Assembly (NCBI GenBank): GCA_965235115.1
Contig: OZ249449.1
Location: 5,146,001-5,210,000, forward strand
Length of the DNA: 64,000 bases
Direction of reading: 5' to 3'
From: Laetmonice hystrix
Lineage: Eukaryota
Shown here piece after piece: positions 37,151-49,641 of the stretch. The translations under genes were made by a program, and so were the position numbers. Numbering within the stretch: the first letter of the stretch is position 1; the number at the start of each line of letters is the position of its first letter. Under the pieces are notes generated by a model, which saw nothing but the letters and a program-made list of their open reading frames with translations, was not told the origin of the DNA and ran no database searches.

Positions 37151-39755
37151 CAGCAGCAGTCCCTCGAGATGGCTTGTCAATGATAAGTTACTCCAACGGT
37201 TGGACCAGATCTAATCGTATCAATAGACATCAGGGGATATTCCATATGACAGGGCCATCATGTGGATCCCTGTGGTAGCAGATTCATGAATTCTTTTTGC
37301 TTTGTTTTTGTTGATCATTAGTCACAGGAAAATGATAGTTTCGTGTAATTAATTTATAGTATAACATTAATATCTTATGTTTTATGTTGGCCAACAACTT
37401 GATGCTCATATTAGAGACAGAAGTATTTTTTAATGCTTCAAGTGAATTATCGCGTTAACCTTTCCTTTTAAGTCACGAGAAGATTAAAAAACTACCCAGT
37501 CGTCAATAAACGGGGTTGCCAAGGTCAGAGAAAGGAACGCTATAGTGTAAAGATCACAGCAGCGCCGAATGGAAGACACTTCCCAAGTAATGAACTCATT
37601 AAGGGTAATCAATTATAATTAGTGTGAGGCCTGTAAAGGTTTTACTTGATTACCGTGATTGCCAATTTGATCGGTTCAAACCGATTGCAAGCCAAGTCTA
37701 CTTGACAAGCGTTTTTTTTGTGAACTGCCGACCCCTGTGACATTGCGTGGATGTTCCATAGCAGCAATACCCCTTTATACCTAAACCTATACCTCCGGAT
37801 GTTCCATGGCAGCAGGGGCACGGCTACAAATACGGGTACGCTGGGTTGGGGGGGGGGGGGGATCTGGGAACCAGGGTTATAGAGTAGGATTATGTTTTGA
37901 GCTACAAATGGTGATAAACCTTTTAATTCTTGCAACCAGATTCCATGGAAATGTTGCCATGGGGATCAACCCATGACCGTTGAGGTTGTCATGGCTGGTA
38001 TATATGATTTGAAGACCGGTGCTCGTGACCCAATTCCAATCACGTCGTGACTAGGTGAGTACCCGCCCGGGGAGTTGTGAATTTACTAGGTGTCTGCGGT
38101 CCAGTTACCTGTCACTTCCGCAACAGGTGAAGCTACCTGTGTATGTGAGGTTTGGGGTACCTGCAGGTGTTGCATACCTGGGCCCAGGTGATTTGTACCG
38201 TACAGTATACAGGGTCTGACCCGCCCGTGTATTGTGTGTGTACGCTTTCCTCAACCCATGTCATTATTAGTGCCTCATTTACTCAGCGGAAATACTGAAA
38301 AATGATCCCACACCCTTCCGTTTCGGGTTAGGGGTATTCGGAGGAGGGTTAGGATTAAAGTGGGGCAAAGTGGTAGATCTTTTAGTTCTCACCACAGTTC
38401 TATGCATGGGGGATTTACCAGTAAACTCTACAGCCATCAATAAGTCGGCGATTCAGCAAAACGCGATGCACGTACGTACACACATTACAGTGAGAACGAT
38501 CATGAATCGACAACTAAATCACTCGCAACTAGGAAACGCAGATCGTCACCTTCAACAGAATGTGACTGTGCCCAATTACGGCAACGCTTCCCTGCTGCCA
38601 ACACACCATTAATGACTTCACGAATCAATCGATTAATTTTAAAAATTATTGTAGCCACGACAGACAAGATCATTACATTCACAAGGAAAAATGAAATATC
38701 TTTATAACGCTTTTTTCCGCGCGATATTTTTGGCTTTTCCCATCATGTTAACATTCTCTTGACATTGAACGCACGATTAGGGTAAGGGGCAGTGCTAGGA
38801 ATATGGATACTGTTTTGTGAGGTCTGGGGACCGGGACTAGAGGTTAAGAATAAGGTCGCTTTGGGGTTCTGAACAGTGATAGATGTTTTTTCTTTGGTAT
38901 TGGAATTTTAAAAAAGTGTTCAGAGCAAGAATAACCATAGCCCCCCCCCCCCCCCCCGCCGGTATATATCAAGTTATGCGCCGCCCCTGACACAATTGGA
39001 TACATGTACCGGTGTGTATGTGCGGAGGGGGCGACATATTATAATGAGAGTACCTTAGTATGTTTTGTTCTTACCCCCAACCCTCACCCCCTTGAGGGTG
39101 TGTTGAGTGAGCCCATCAAACTACCTACCCCCTTTGATGTCAGCCCAGCACCCAGTTCACCCTCAGCCAGGTCCCATTACTCTCCCCTTTCAAACAACCC
39201 AACATCTCATTTCTCTTTCTAGAAAACCGAGCACCAGCCCCGCCTGGGATAATCATGGAGAGACATACGACTGCGCAACCTACACGTCCTTGGGGTCCAT
39301 GGGCAGTCACTGGTAAATATCACGTAGTAGCATCTCCACAAAGATTGGTAGTGAGAAAAAACAAATCTATTTCTATTCCTAGGTTTAAACCTAATCCTTA
39401 CCACTACGCCCAGACCCACGACCTCTCAAATCACTTATCCTCATCCTTAGCTCTGCCCTTGACTCTACCTACAACTTCGCGGAAATAACCCGCTTAGACC
39501 ATAGCAACGGGCAGGTAAGGAAGGAGTATTACACACAGGGTCTGTACTCTATGTAACAGGTGCTACGAACTCATACCCAGGGCCAGGCAGCATACAAGGA
39601 GAAGACGGCAGTGAAAGGATCTCGGTGAAAGGATATCTCAAGGACAACACGACATCTTCTCATGAGAGCGTTCTTTCCCCCCGATGTGTACAGACGTTTC
39701 TTATTGTCCGTGCGTCGTCGGGAGAAACGGCCAAAGAAACCGGCGCTACATGGCT

Positions 39756-40035
39756 GGTTAGTCCCCATGGTAACTGCCACAAAGTAACGGGGAGAGCTTG
39801 CAGGGCTAGGAAATGGATGTAAGCAGAGGTTAAGGTTACGGGCAGAGCTAGGGATATGGATACGTTCTTTGGGAGGTCTAGGGACCGGGACTACAGGTTA
39901 GAGTTTGGGGCAGGGATAGGAATATGGATAATTTTTTTTTGTTTGCATGGGGAAAAGAGGTTCGGGGTTAGGGGCAGGTTTGGGGATTTTTAGTTCTTAC
40001 GAATAAATTCTGCGGAGATATTAGCTTGGGGATCC
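39756..40035 (-). mobile_element. Dominant-family element (representative short copy)
   Basis: Both ends and 2-3 cores are visible. Further copies or fragments lie at about 14755, 20070, 20545, 22900, 25495, 27075, 27940, 29225, 29700, 31200, 35230, 36395, 38325, 38775, 39320, 40800, 42230, 44820, 46140, 47000 and 61900. Confidence 0.7.
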
Positions 40036-40946
40036 ATGCTTGTAACACAAGAAACCTTTTATGTTACACGCAACATGGCCTCTCAATATGAACTAAAAAG
40101 GACTCTAGTGTTAGAATCGCGTAGACAAACAATTCACTCAGTTCCCCCTGAATCATCTAAACACGGGTGGCGGCACGTCTTGATCCTACCCGTCTCTGAA
40201 ACGCCAATATCGGCACGAGACAAGGCAATCTACAGAGTGTTCCCGCAGAACTCTAGACCACAGGAAAGATAGGAAGAGAAGATCACTCACAGTAACATGA
40301 AAACAATATTCCTTGCCTTCGACCTAGCATTAAGCTCTACTTGATTCTTCTTCTTTTTTTTCTTCTTCTTCTCTTTTTTTTTTCTTAGGGGGTGGCCTCC
40401 TCCAAAATCAGAACTGTGAGAAACCCTGTTGTTTCAATCAAACCTTGCCTTTTGGACATCCTGTGTGAGATCCTTTAGGTGATGGGCTGTAATATGACAG
40501 GCCACCCTCATATACAAGGATCGAGTCAGATCCTTTATTCTACCACTTCATCCATATGGCATCTTATATTCAGGGATGCGGCTCACGGTAGGCAAAATTA
40601 CCTTACCTTCTTTTACAAAAGATAGGGGGTATACATAGGGCATCACTGGCAAAACATGCCAATCGACTTTGAATCTGTTCGTGATGCCGTGATCAACTCG
40701 ATCATCTTGTTTTTCGAGGAAAGCCATCGTCATGATCGTGTTTGCATGCTTTGTTTTGGTCAAGATGGTGACAGGAAGCCCGTGGAGTGTCTTCAGCAGT
40801 AACCATTTTTTTTGGAGGTCTTAGGACCGGGACTAGATAGGGTTCGGGGCAGTGCTAGAGATATGGATAAAGGTCCGGAAGATTAGCTTGTCTACCTGAC
40901 TGGCGGAACGCTGGCACACCACGGGCCCGAGATAGCGACGATTCAC

Positions 40947-41098
40947 CACACGGTCTGACGGAACGCGTGCAGGTTGAATGCTTCTCGGGCTCCACAGGCT
41001 GGGGAGACCAATAGTTCAACACACGGTCTGTCGGAACGCATGCAGGATGAAGCCGTGAATGCTTCTTGGGCTCCACGGACTGGGGAGACCAATGATTC
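40947..41098 (+). repeat. About 72-bp tandem duplication
   Basis: CACACGGTCTG(A/T)CGGAACGC..GGGGAGACCAAT appears twice. Confidence 0.75.
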
Positions 41099-41325
41099 AG
41101 TGAGAAGCACCTTATATGGTTTGGCTAATTAGCCGAAATCACTGAAGAGTTGCATCCCATGAAGAGTTGCATCACCTGAAGAGTTGCATCCCTGTTTGCC
41201 CTATTATATATTTCTTTCTTAGTCCCGAGTTACCAGTACGCTGCCATCCAGTCCATAGCCCAGTGAATATAGGGTGATAGTTTAAAGTCTGTCCATCAAG
41301 AGAACCTCCGACATGACGGTAAAGA

Positions 41326-41597
41326 GGGTGGGTGTTGGGTGTTTGGGGTTTTACACCTTGCAACAGCAAGGGTTATATCACGGCGGTGAAGATGATGATG
41401 AAAGTCAGTACTTCTTGGTGGAGGAAACCGGAGTACCCGGAGGAAAGCACTGACCTTCGGGAAGGAACTGACTGACTGACCAACCTTTTCACACAAGCAG
41501 CCCTGGCCGGGGATCGGACCAGGACCGCAGAGGTGTGAGGCGATGGTCCTCAGTGTCATGAGCCAACACCTTAGACCACTGGGCCACCCGAGACCCC
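41326..41597 (-). mobile_element. tRNA-derived SINE
   Basis: Minus strand has A-box TGGCCCAGTGG, B-box-like GGTCCGATCCC, a central TTTCCTCCGGGTACTCCGGTTTCCTCCACC block resembling the V/Meta-type SINE core domains, and an AC-rich tail. Confidence 0.75.
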
Positions 41598-44500
41598 CCC
41601 CCCCCCCCCCCCCACGGTTCTGATAAAAACCGTGTCGTTCAGTGTACAGGCCCTCTATAATGGAACCGACTTCCAGATCCTGCGAATCTTCCCTGGCGCA
41701 AACTGAAATCCTCTCTTTTCCTGTGCAGCCTTATTTTCGTTATACGAGAAACCATAGACTGCGTCAGCAATTGCCAGGATTCTCCAGTGACTTCACTGAC
41801 AGTGTTGTCACTCCACCTGCAGCCACCTGCATCCTAAACTGGTATTTGGTTCTGGCAGTCGTTGACAGGCCATTTATTATAGATAGCTCCCTCTGCCAGA
41901 AGGGCAAAAGGCAGGCTGATGTCAGAGAATACAACCTCTCCTGATGACGAACCTGCTGGCGCCAGTGAATTATCCAAAACATGCCATTTCGGAGACTCGC
42001 CCTCTGTGCCTTTCTGTTGGCTAAACATATCATTACCACGAAAAAAACACAGCATCACACCCGTAGCATTGATGTGGATACAACGTTGTCACGGTGAGTT
42101 AATGGTGGCAAATCTTATGAAAAAGGAAACTACATTTTTGAAATTAAAGTGATTTGGAAAAGCATAAGTGCGTTGGTTGTGTCTTTAACCCTTCGTTCAT
42201 TCAGACCGAGTTGGAAATCACTTACAGTTAGTTGATAGGGTTTGGGGCAGAGCTAGGGATATGGATACGTGTTTTGGGAGGTCTTGGGACCGGGACTAGA
42301 GGTTAGGGTTTGGGGCAGTGCTTGAGATATGGATCCATACGTCTTTTAGGAGGTCCGGGGGCCGGGAGAGTAATAGTGATGGATTATCATGTTGCCACGG
42401 GGGATCTATACCGACAAGGGCAGTTTGCAGGGGATGTCGGCAGACATGTCAGAATTCTGAAATATGACTATGTGCATCATTTATATATCCAAGAGCAGTC
42501 AGAGCGCTGTTGTTGACCAAGCTATCATTCTGACTGCCCCCTAGCAGTCGTTTCCAAAGGTTGTTTGTTTCCCTGTGAGTCAGCCCCATTGAGGGACATA
42601 CACCACACCTGTAACCCCCCCCCCCCTACACCCACTCCCCTCCCACCCATGTCCCACTTTGTCCCAGACTAGGTGGCTGATTGCCCAAGCCACCTAAACG
42701 TTTTGTTTGTATAGCCAGTCTGCGTGTGTGTGTGTGGGTGGCAAGCCGACTGCCGCAGTGTTCTCAGACCGGCATGCACTGCGACAGGTGGCCACCGGCG
42801 GCCGCTTGACACAACAAAAACCGCTGCTAGAAAAATAGTCCCAGGGCGAGTGTGGGTTTCCATGGTAACATCTCAAGAAATTTGGTGGTATGACCTAAAA
42901 AATACCTACTCCTTATACATAATACTTCAGCTGCCCAGACCTCCCCCCAGGGATGAAAGTGGCCAGCTGTAAAATTTCCTGAAATTCTGACCGGGGGGGA
43001 GCGGCGGGGGCCAATGTCCATAATTAATATTTGTTCATGCGCACATCCAAGGCTTACCCCCCCCCCTTAAAAAAAGTCAGGCTAGGAACAGCAGACAATC
43101 ATGATCCGATAAAGCCTCCTAGCTATTATATATTATAGGGCCTAGCCCTCAGTATTTAGTCGCCACCCCCCCCCCCCCCACCCCACCCCCTCAACCCCCC
43201 ACCTCTCCAACATTGGAATCCAGTCGGCTTTTAGCGTCCAAAATGCAACCGATTACGTTGTCAAACAGCTTCCATGTGTTAGACTGACCACACAGGCTGT
43301 CCATCAGTCTTGACCCTCAGCAGTCACGACCCTCAGCGGCTCTCAGCCAAGCAACACAGGCTTCGCTAAGTCGAGTGGTTCAGCCCGTGTGTCCATGTGC
43401 CACTCATGTTGTTGTGAAAATTGTCACTTCCGGTCTTATCAGGACAACTGCACTGATCGACAAATGTAATGAAAAGTCCTGACAACCCCAAAACTTCAGT
43501 GAAAACCACTTACGTAATGCCACTATCCTCAAATTTATATGCAAGAACACATTATGAGAACTTACTGACATATATACTAGGCAGATTCATAGAACTAAAT
43601 TGACCCAGTTTCCTGTGAGGAGTGACATTGTGATGGTGCGTAGTTCGTCAGCCTAATCACTATCACCGGGACTAGACAGACCGGTCTGTCTATAGTCTCG
43701 TTGCTATCACTAAGTGAGCGCTCAGGCAAAACTCGCGCATGGATATGGCATAATGGCAAGCCTGAATCAACGGGCTTCGCAGCTGCCTGACCATCAATTT
43801 TGCCTGAAGTCATTACCTGAGGTGAGTCGCTCTCACCACAGGGGCCGTGCCTGCCAGACAGGACAGACGCCACCGCGTGCCGGTAGAAGTCAGCCCACGC
43901 GGGCCGGTCTATGTGAGCGATGTCACCACAGCTACAGGGACCAGCACCCCCGGCAGACCGGCCTATGCACGGTGGCACCCGTGACACTGGACGGGTTTGA
44001 GACACTCTAATATCCCCATCTATAAACGAACTTTGGCAGGTAGAGATATATTGAGCTGCATGGTGTTAAAAAACGTCCTGGAAGGGGATATTGTTTCATT
44101 TGATATTTATTGCCCACCACACAGTCCAGGGCAATACTTAGCCTTGGCTTAGGCCTACCTCTTTTGCCTATAGATCTAGGCCTATTTCCTTTTTTGGGTG
44201 TTATTTCTTGGGGGGGGGGGATTTTTTCAAATTTCCTGATTTCAGGAAATTTCCTGAAAACTTTCATCCCTGCCAAACACATCGAGAAATTGGCACAGAT
44301 AGGAATGAAACAACCTTTAGACCAATGTACCTATAATATAGTCCTGTGTTGCCAACAGCAATCAACCTTTGAAGAAGCCTGGTTAAGAAAAATACTCATC
44401 AAAAGTTTTGTTTCTTTCTTATCTTAGATTGGCAATTTGTGTCTGTCAGGTGTAATTGAATAATCTTTTTATCTGCTTTGTAGAATCGTTTTTGTGTCTT

Positions 44501-44941
44501 AATTGACGTAATTATCCTGGGAGCTCAAACGTGTGGGGAAAGGTTATGTAACAAAATCCATACACCAATCTGCGTTTCTTCATATCAGTATTTAATGAAG
44601 TAGCTAATTACCGTGATTGCTAATTAGGAATTTGCGAAAAATATACAAGTAATTGCAATCAAAATTTTGAAAAAAACATTCAGCAATCACAATCAGCTTG
44701 ACGAGCTACATTTGCCTACCCGAAATAGCTGCTTCCTTGTGGCAATTCTCACAATGTTTGGGCTAACGTGGGTAGAACTTGGACTATTAAAAGTCCAAGA
44801 TGAGAAGAAAATCCTCCCAAGAAAATCTATCCCTATCCCTGCCCCTTACCCTAAACGGTAGTAAACCTAATTTCTTGGTAATTACACCATGATATACTAA
44901 TCCGATAAACCAACATATCCCTGCCTCACACTGGGTATTAA

Positions 44942-45470
44942 AGGGGCATGGTAAAATACACGTTTTGGAGGATTTCCGGCAATTATCCAACATGAGCGTG
45001 TACTAGGGATCCAAGTAAATAATCCTACCACAGCATCTTGTCCTCCGACGTGTTTTCGCTGCGTATGCAGCACAAGTATGTTCTATACGACCAAACGCAT
45101 AGATAATTCTCCCGATAGCACATCTCCCGCCATAATTTGGTAGACAACCTCCCATCAATCCGTGTAATTGCATACTGCGTCACATCCTGCGTGTGCACTC
45201 TCTGCATGTGCTTAGTCACGTGCTTCGCTTAGTTGTAAACAATTCAGCAGTTGCACTCGATCGATCAACAAAAGCCACGTGCAAACGATGGGCTGAGCCG
45301 TTTTTCAATATGGCCAGCAAGGGAGCTTCATAAACTTCGATTTCTCATGCAAAATGAAACTGATAAGCCTGTCTTTGTTTACCAAGCAATTTTAATTAAG
45401 TATCTGTTTATGAAAACAGCAAAAGTTCTTTGAAATACCGATTTTTCACGTTTCCTCATAATATGCCCCT
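44942..45470. mobile_element. MITE with TTAA TSD (Kolobok-like)
   Basis: ttaa|AGGGGCAT ... ATGCCCCT|ttaa. Confidence 0.7.
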
Positions 45471-48343
45471 TTAATACTCGTTGACTATAGCACACCAAGC
45501 TCAGGGCGTGGGAGAATAATAATAATCCTCAAGTGAAGGATTATTTGAAGAACAGACGCTGGCGTTTCATCTACTAGTCTCACCTCGCGAGACTTGAACA
45601 TAATTCGCTTGTCAGTTACAATGTGGGCATCGCAAGGTCAGGCTCGGAGTCAGGCGTGGTATGACGACCGGCGAGTGCTTCAAACAATTCTTCTTCAGGC
45701 AAACACATTCAAGTGGTAAAGACACAACAACATAAGCCTGTCTTTAATATTTTTTAACAAAAAAAAAAACACCACGCCAATGAATTCCAAACCACTACTT
45801 AACATTCGACGCCTGGCTTTGAAAAAAGGTCTTCCCGATGTCTCGAATTCTTCCATTTTTCATTCGTAAAAACTGCACCGTAATTTCAAAAATTAAGAAC
45901 TTTACAAGCTCGGGAAAACTGCAAGTCATCAAAATCAATTTTTACGCAGTCAGGAAACCCATCAAATCAGAGCTTTCCGTGCATAAAGCATGGCCCGGCG
46001 GTCTTTGTAATTCCTCCAAATGGTTTTAATTAAAATAAAGCCTTCCGTTGAATCTCGGTTTACAGTAAACCGTCAACACTGGCAGCATTCATTTTAACTG
46101 AGACAATCGGCAGGAACCTCATCCAGGGCATTCCCCACAACACTGTGGTTAGGGCCAGCGCTACGGATATATATTTTTGTGGAGGTCTGGGGACGGGGTC
46201 GTCTGAACCTTATAGTTCGGCTGGCTGAGACGTCTACCTCTAAACCTATGGGAGACACACTCCTGAAAATCGAATCAAAATTAAGAGGGTGACCCAAGGT
46301 TGCTTTCTGATGACCCAAGTTCACCATTAATACCAGGTGAACGGTCCATGTTCTGCTCGCCATTGGCGATTGATCCAGTGCATGTTCTCCACACTTCTCC
46401 ATCAGTAAGAAACTGTTGACCATCAGGATCCCTCTTCACCAAGCTGTGCCTTGATATACTTTTTTCAAACAGATCTTCAACATCACCGACCCGTTGATGT
46501 CAGGTAGTGAGACATAACAGACTGACTGACGATTTTTGTCCCAAACCCAACAGTAAAATCCAGGAACGCTAGCGCTTACCCCCTGCTAATCTCTACTCTG
46601 ATTCTTTGCTGGGATCGAGAAAAATCAATCAAGTCGACCAATTTGTTCTACGGTGTAAAGGTCAAGTACTGAAAGACCAGATAGAGCAAAATCTATTGAA
46701 AGAATACCTTCGTAAACTTACAAGTTGACGTAGCATTTGCCACTTGATGAGGGTTGAAAGTCACGAGGGCCCAACATTTCAGTGTAGAACCATCACTTGT
46801 ACTTTGAGAGATCCCTGGCCAAGATGTCAACCGTTTACATAATAACAGTAAATGTTTAGGTGTAACGTCTGGGCGTAACGCAAGCTTTGGCATTCAGTGT
46901 CCACTTGAAGCGGGGCACTTGGCTGTAACTAAGGTTACACGTTTTGAGAGGCGGCCAAGTGTTTGGGTCACAGCGGAGAGTTAGGAGTTTGAGTGTCAGA
47001 ACACTAAAAATATGTCATTATTCCTCCCCCAAACCAAACAAACCTAACTCTAGCTCCTACTCCCCGTCCCAGACCTCTCAAGAAATGTATCCCTATCCCT
47101 GCCCCTTACCATATATCCTACTCTCAATCTTAAACCTGAACTCTTGTTTCAGAGCTTTTGATTGGTCCTTCAAATGAAGTCGGCCAATAAGAGACCATTT
47201 ATAACACAAGTAAATCTTAAAATCCCAGTCTTAAGATTGGTAAAATGACGAACTAAAAACCGGGGCCTGGGAATGTTACTACGCATGGGCGGATTAACCA
47301 GATCAAGGTGCAAAACCACAACATCATTATTTAGGAACAATTTGTCTGAAGACGACCAGGCCCCATTGGACAGGGCCGCAGGGGGAGAAGATACGACGCT
47401 ATACGTCTGGAACAGGTTGACCCCAGCGATCCTGGTGGGCGAACATAAAAACGTCTCGGCCTGGAGGGGTCCAGGACGTCTGGTACGATGACAACATGCC
47501 AACAGCGACCTGGTGGCAAACCGCCACCTTTAACAAAGAGAACGCATGAGGCTCAGTCTGTAACAGACGAGGCGACCCACCTTGTCGTTATATTGTCATA
47601 CCTGCCAACATTTGGTCAACTCAATGCGCAGGTTTTATAAAAAAAAGAATGACATTCCCTTTAATAACTTTGTGTAACTATCTTTCTTATTCATCAGTTC
47701 TTTTTCTCTCTCATTGACAGACCAACTTTACATGTCCCCCTCCCCACCCCCAACAACATGGAAGCGGCCACAAATCTTTTACTGGTGAATATGTGCTTTG
47801 GACGGGAAATTTAACGTCCATTGAATTTGAAAGTGAATGTATTATTTGTAAATTGTGTAATGCCGTAATATTATGAGAAAAATGTGGAGTGCAGAATATA
47901 TAATTCAAATGCGGAAAGATTCTGTAAAATGAGGAATGGTTGACATTATTTTGTCTTAATAACTCAGAGCTTGAATTGTAAATTAACATGATGAACTAAT
48001 TAAATGTACATAGCACTCAGCAGTGAGGCAGTATGGAAATATGTTACTACACAGTGGTATATTAACTATATTTGTATAAGGCTATAACGATTTCATCGCT
48101 TTCCGGTCAACATCTCCGTATTTCCAGGTGAACCTTCCAGGTGGCGCCACTCCAGGCGAACGGGTCCGGGGGCAGACAGTCTGCCAGGGACTATCAGGGT
48201 AACTGTTGGGGTATGTACCCCATCTGGCGTCACCCCATCTGCTTTAACTCATAACATCAATAACCCCCTCCTGAGGTAGGCCTAAATCCGCGTGGTATCT
48301 TTCAACATATTTTTGGTAGTAAGAATTTTATCACTCTTCTGAG

Positions 48344-48534
48344 NNNNNNNNNNNNNNNNNNNNNNNNNNNNNNNNNNNNNNNNNNNNNNNNNNNNNNNNN
48401 NNNNNNNNNNNNNNNNNNNNNNNNNNNNNNNNNNNNNNNNNNNNNNNNNNNNNNNNNNNNNNNNNNNNNNNNNNNNNNNNNNNNNNNNNNNNNNNNNNNN
48501 NNNNNNNNNNNNNNNNNNNNNNNNNNNNNNNNNN
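48344..48534. other. Assembly gap (191 N)
   Basis: Run of N inside C2CD2L intron 1. Confidence 1.
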
Positions 48535-49641
48535 TCCATGCCCCTTATCCTATACTATATAGCCGCTTGTCCTGATATATGCGTCCACGGAAAGATCACC
48601 AGGATGGCATCAATTGGAAGAATCTGTGGTGAGCGTTTCTTGTATGACCGCGCCTTTAATTGACCCTCCATGTCATCCTTTAATAGCTTGCCTTTCGAAA
48701 CGCTGGCCTGAACTCTGTAAAGGTAATACAGAGGTTGTTTGTGTGGCACAGTAAGCACGCCCCCACTTGGGGGAACCTCTGTCCCCTCAGGAATATTGTC
48801 AGGTGCTGCTTTCAATGTAGGGCAAGTGGTGAGCTGCACATGGAACCTTTCAGACGCTGGGATTTGTAAATATATATATACTACACCAGCGCGTCTAACT
48901 ACCGGTAGGTCCAAACGGTGCTGAGATGGTTCACAGCAGTCTGCAGTCGTTATATCAACAAGTAAACAACCAACATGATCTTTAGGTTATCTTGCTAGAA
49001 CCTCTTTATTTCTTCAAAAAGGCCTATAATAATTACTCATTTGCATAAAACAAATCTTTATGAGAGTAGGCCTAATACAGGCTCCTTTAGCAGGTTTGCA
49101 CCGTCCAATCGAAATCGTCATTTTTGTCATATATAAATTCAATGGTGTAGATGTAGATGTGGTATATCATGCAAGCCTTGAGAAGGGATGAGCGTTGCCT
49201 ATAGCATATGACTGGCAGCAGTGACCTGAGACAATATCCTGACCTACTATGGTAACCCGAAAGGGAGGGCACGACCCCATGCCCTCTCCTTCTCTAAATT
49301 GCCCTAAATAGACCACTGCACACAGGATCATACTTTAGCAGCACGTAAGTGCCAATTAGCAACTTCATTGCTTTTGGCTCAGGAACAATCCATGAATCAA
49401 ACGTCATGAATGGATTCACCAAATGCTGACCGAGCTTTTCTCCGCTCCAACGTTCAGTACACCGTTACATGCATGACAACAAGCAATCAAGTCTTTGCCT
49501 GCAAAGGTGTGAAGTGAGTCATTGTCAGACATGTACGGCGACTCGGTCTTGAAAACGATCTCTGGGGAAGGAAAAGTCAAAATTCGCAGAAAGAAAGAAA
49601 TCGGTGTCCCATTTCAACTTGAACTCATCTTAATAAGATAA

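Noticed and set aside
36639-37183. His-rich and Gly/Cys repeat ORFs; RSS-like CACAGTC + 27 nt + ACAAATACC in each unit
   Set aside because: The ORFs follow from the 51-bp period. The RSS resemblance has a 27-nt spacer (not 12 or 23), occurs as direct tandem copies, and no RAG or Transib sequence is nearby.
46281-46499. 73-codon protein-like minus-strand frame (VGDVEDLFEKSISRHSLVKRDPDG..)
   Set aside because: No start codon or usable acceptor at its 5' end, and a frame of this length is expected by chance.
48282-48539. ORF of X residues
   Set aside because: Artefact of the N gap.
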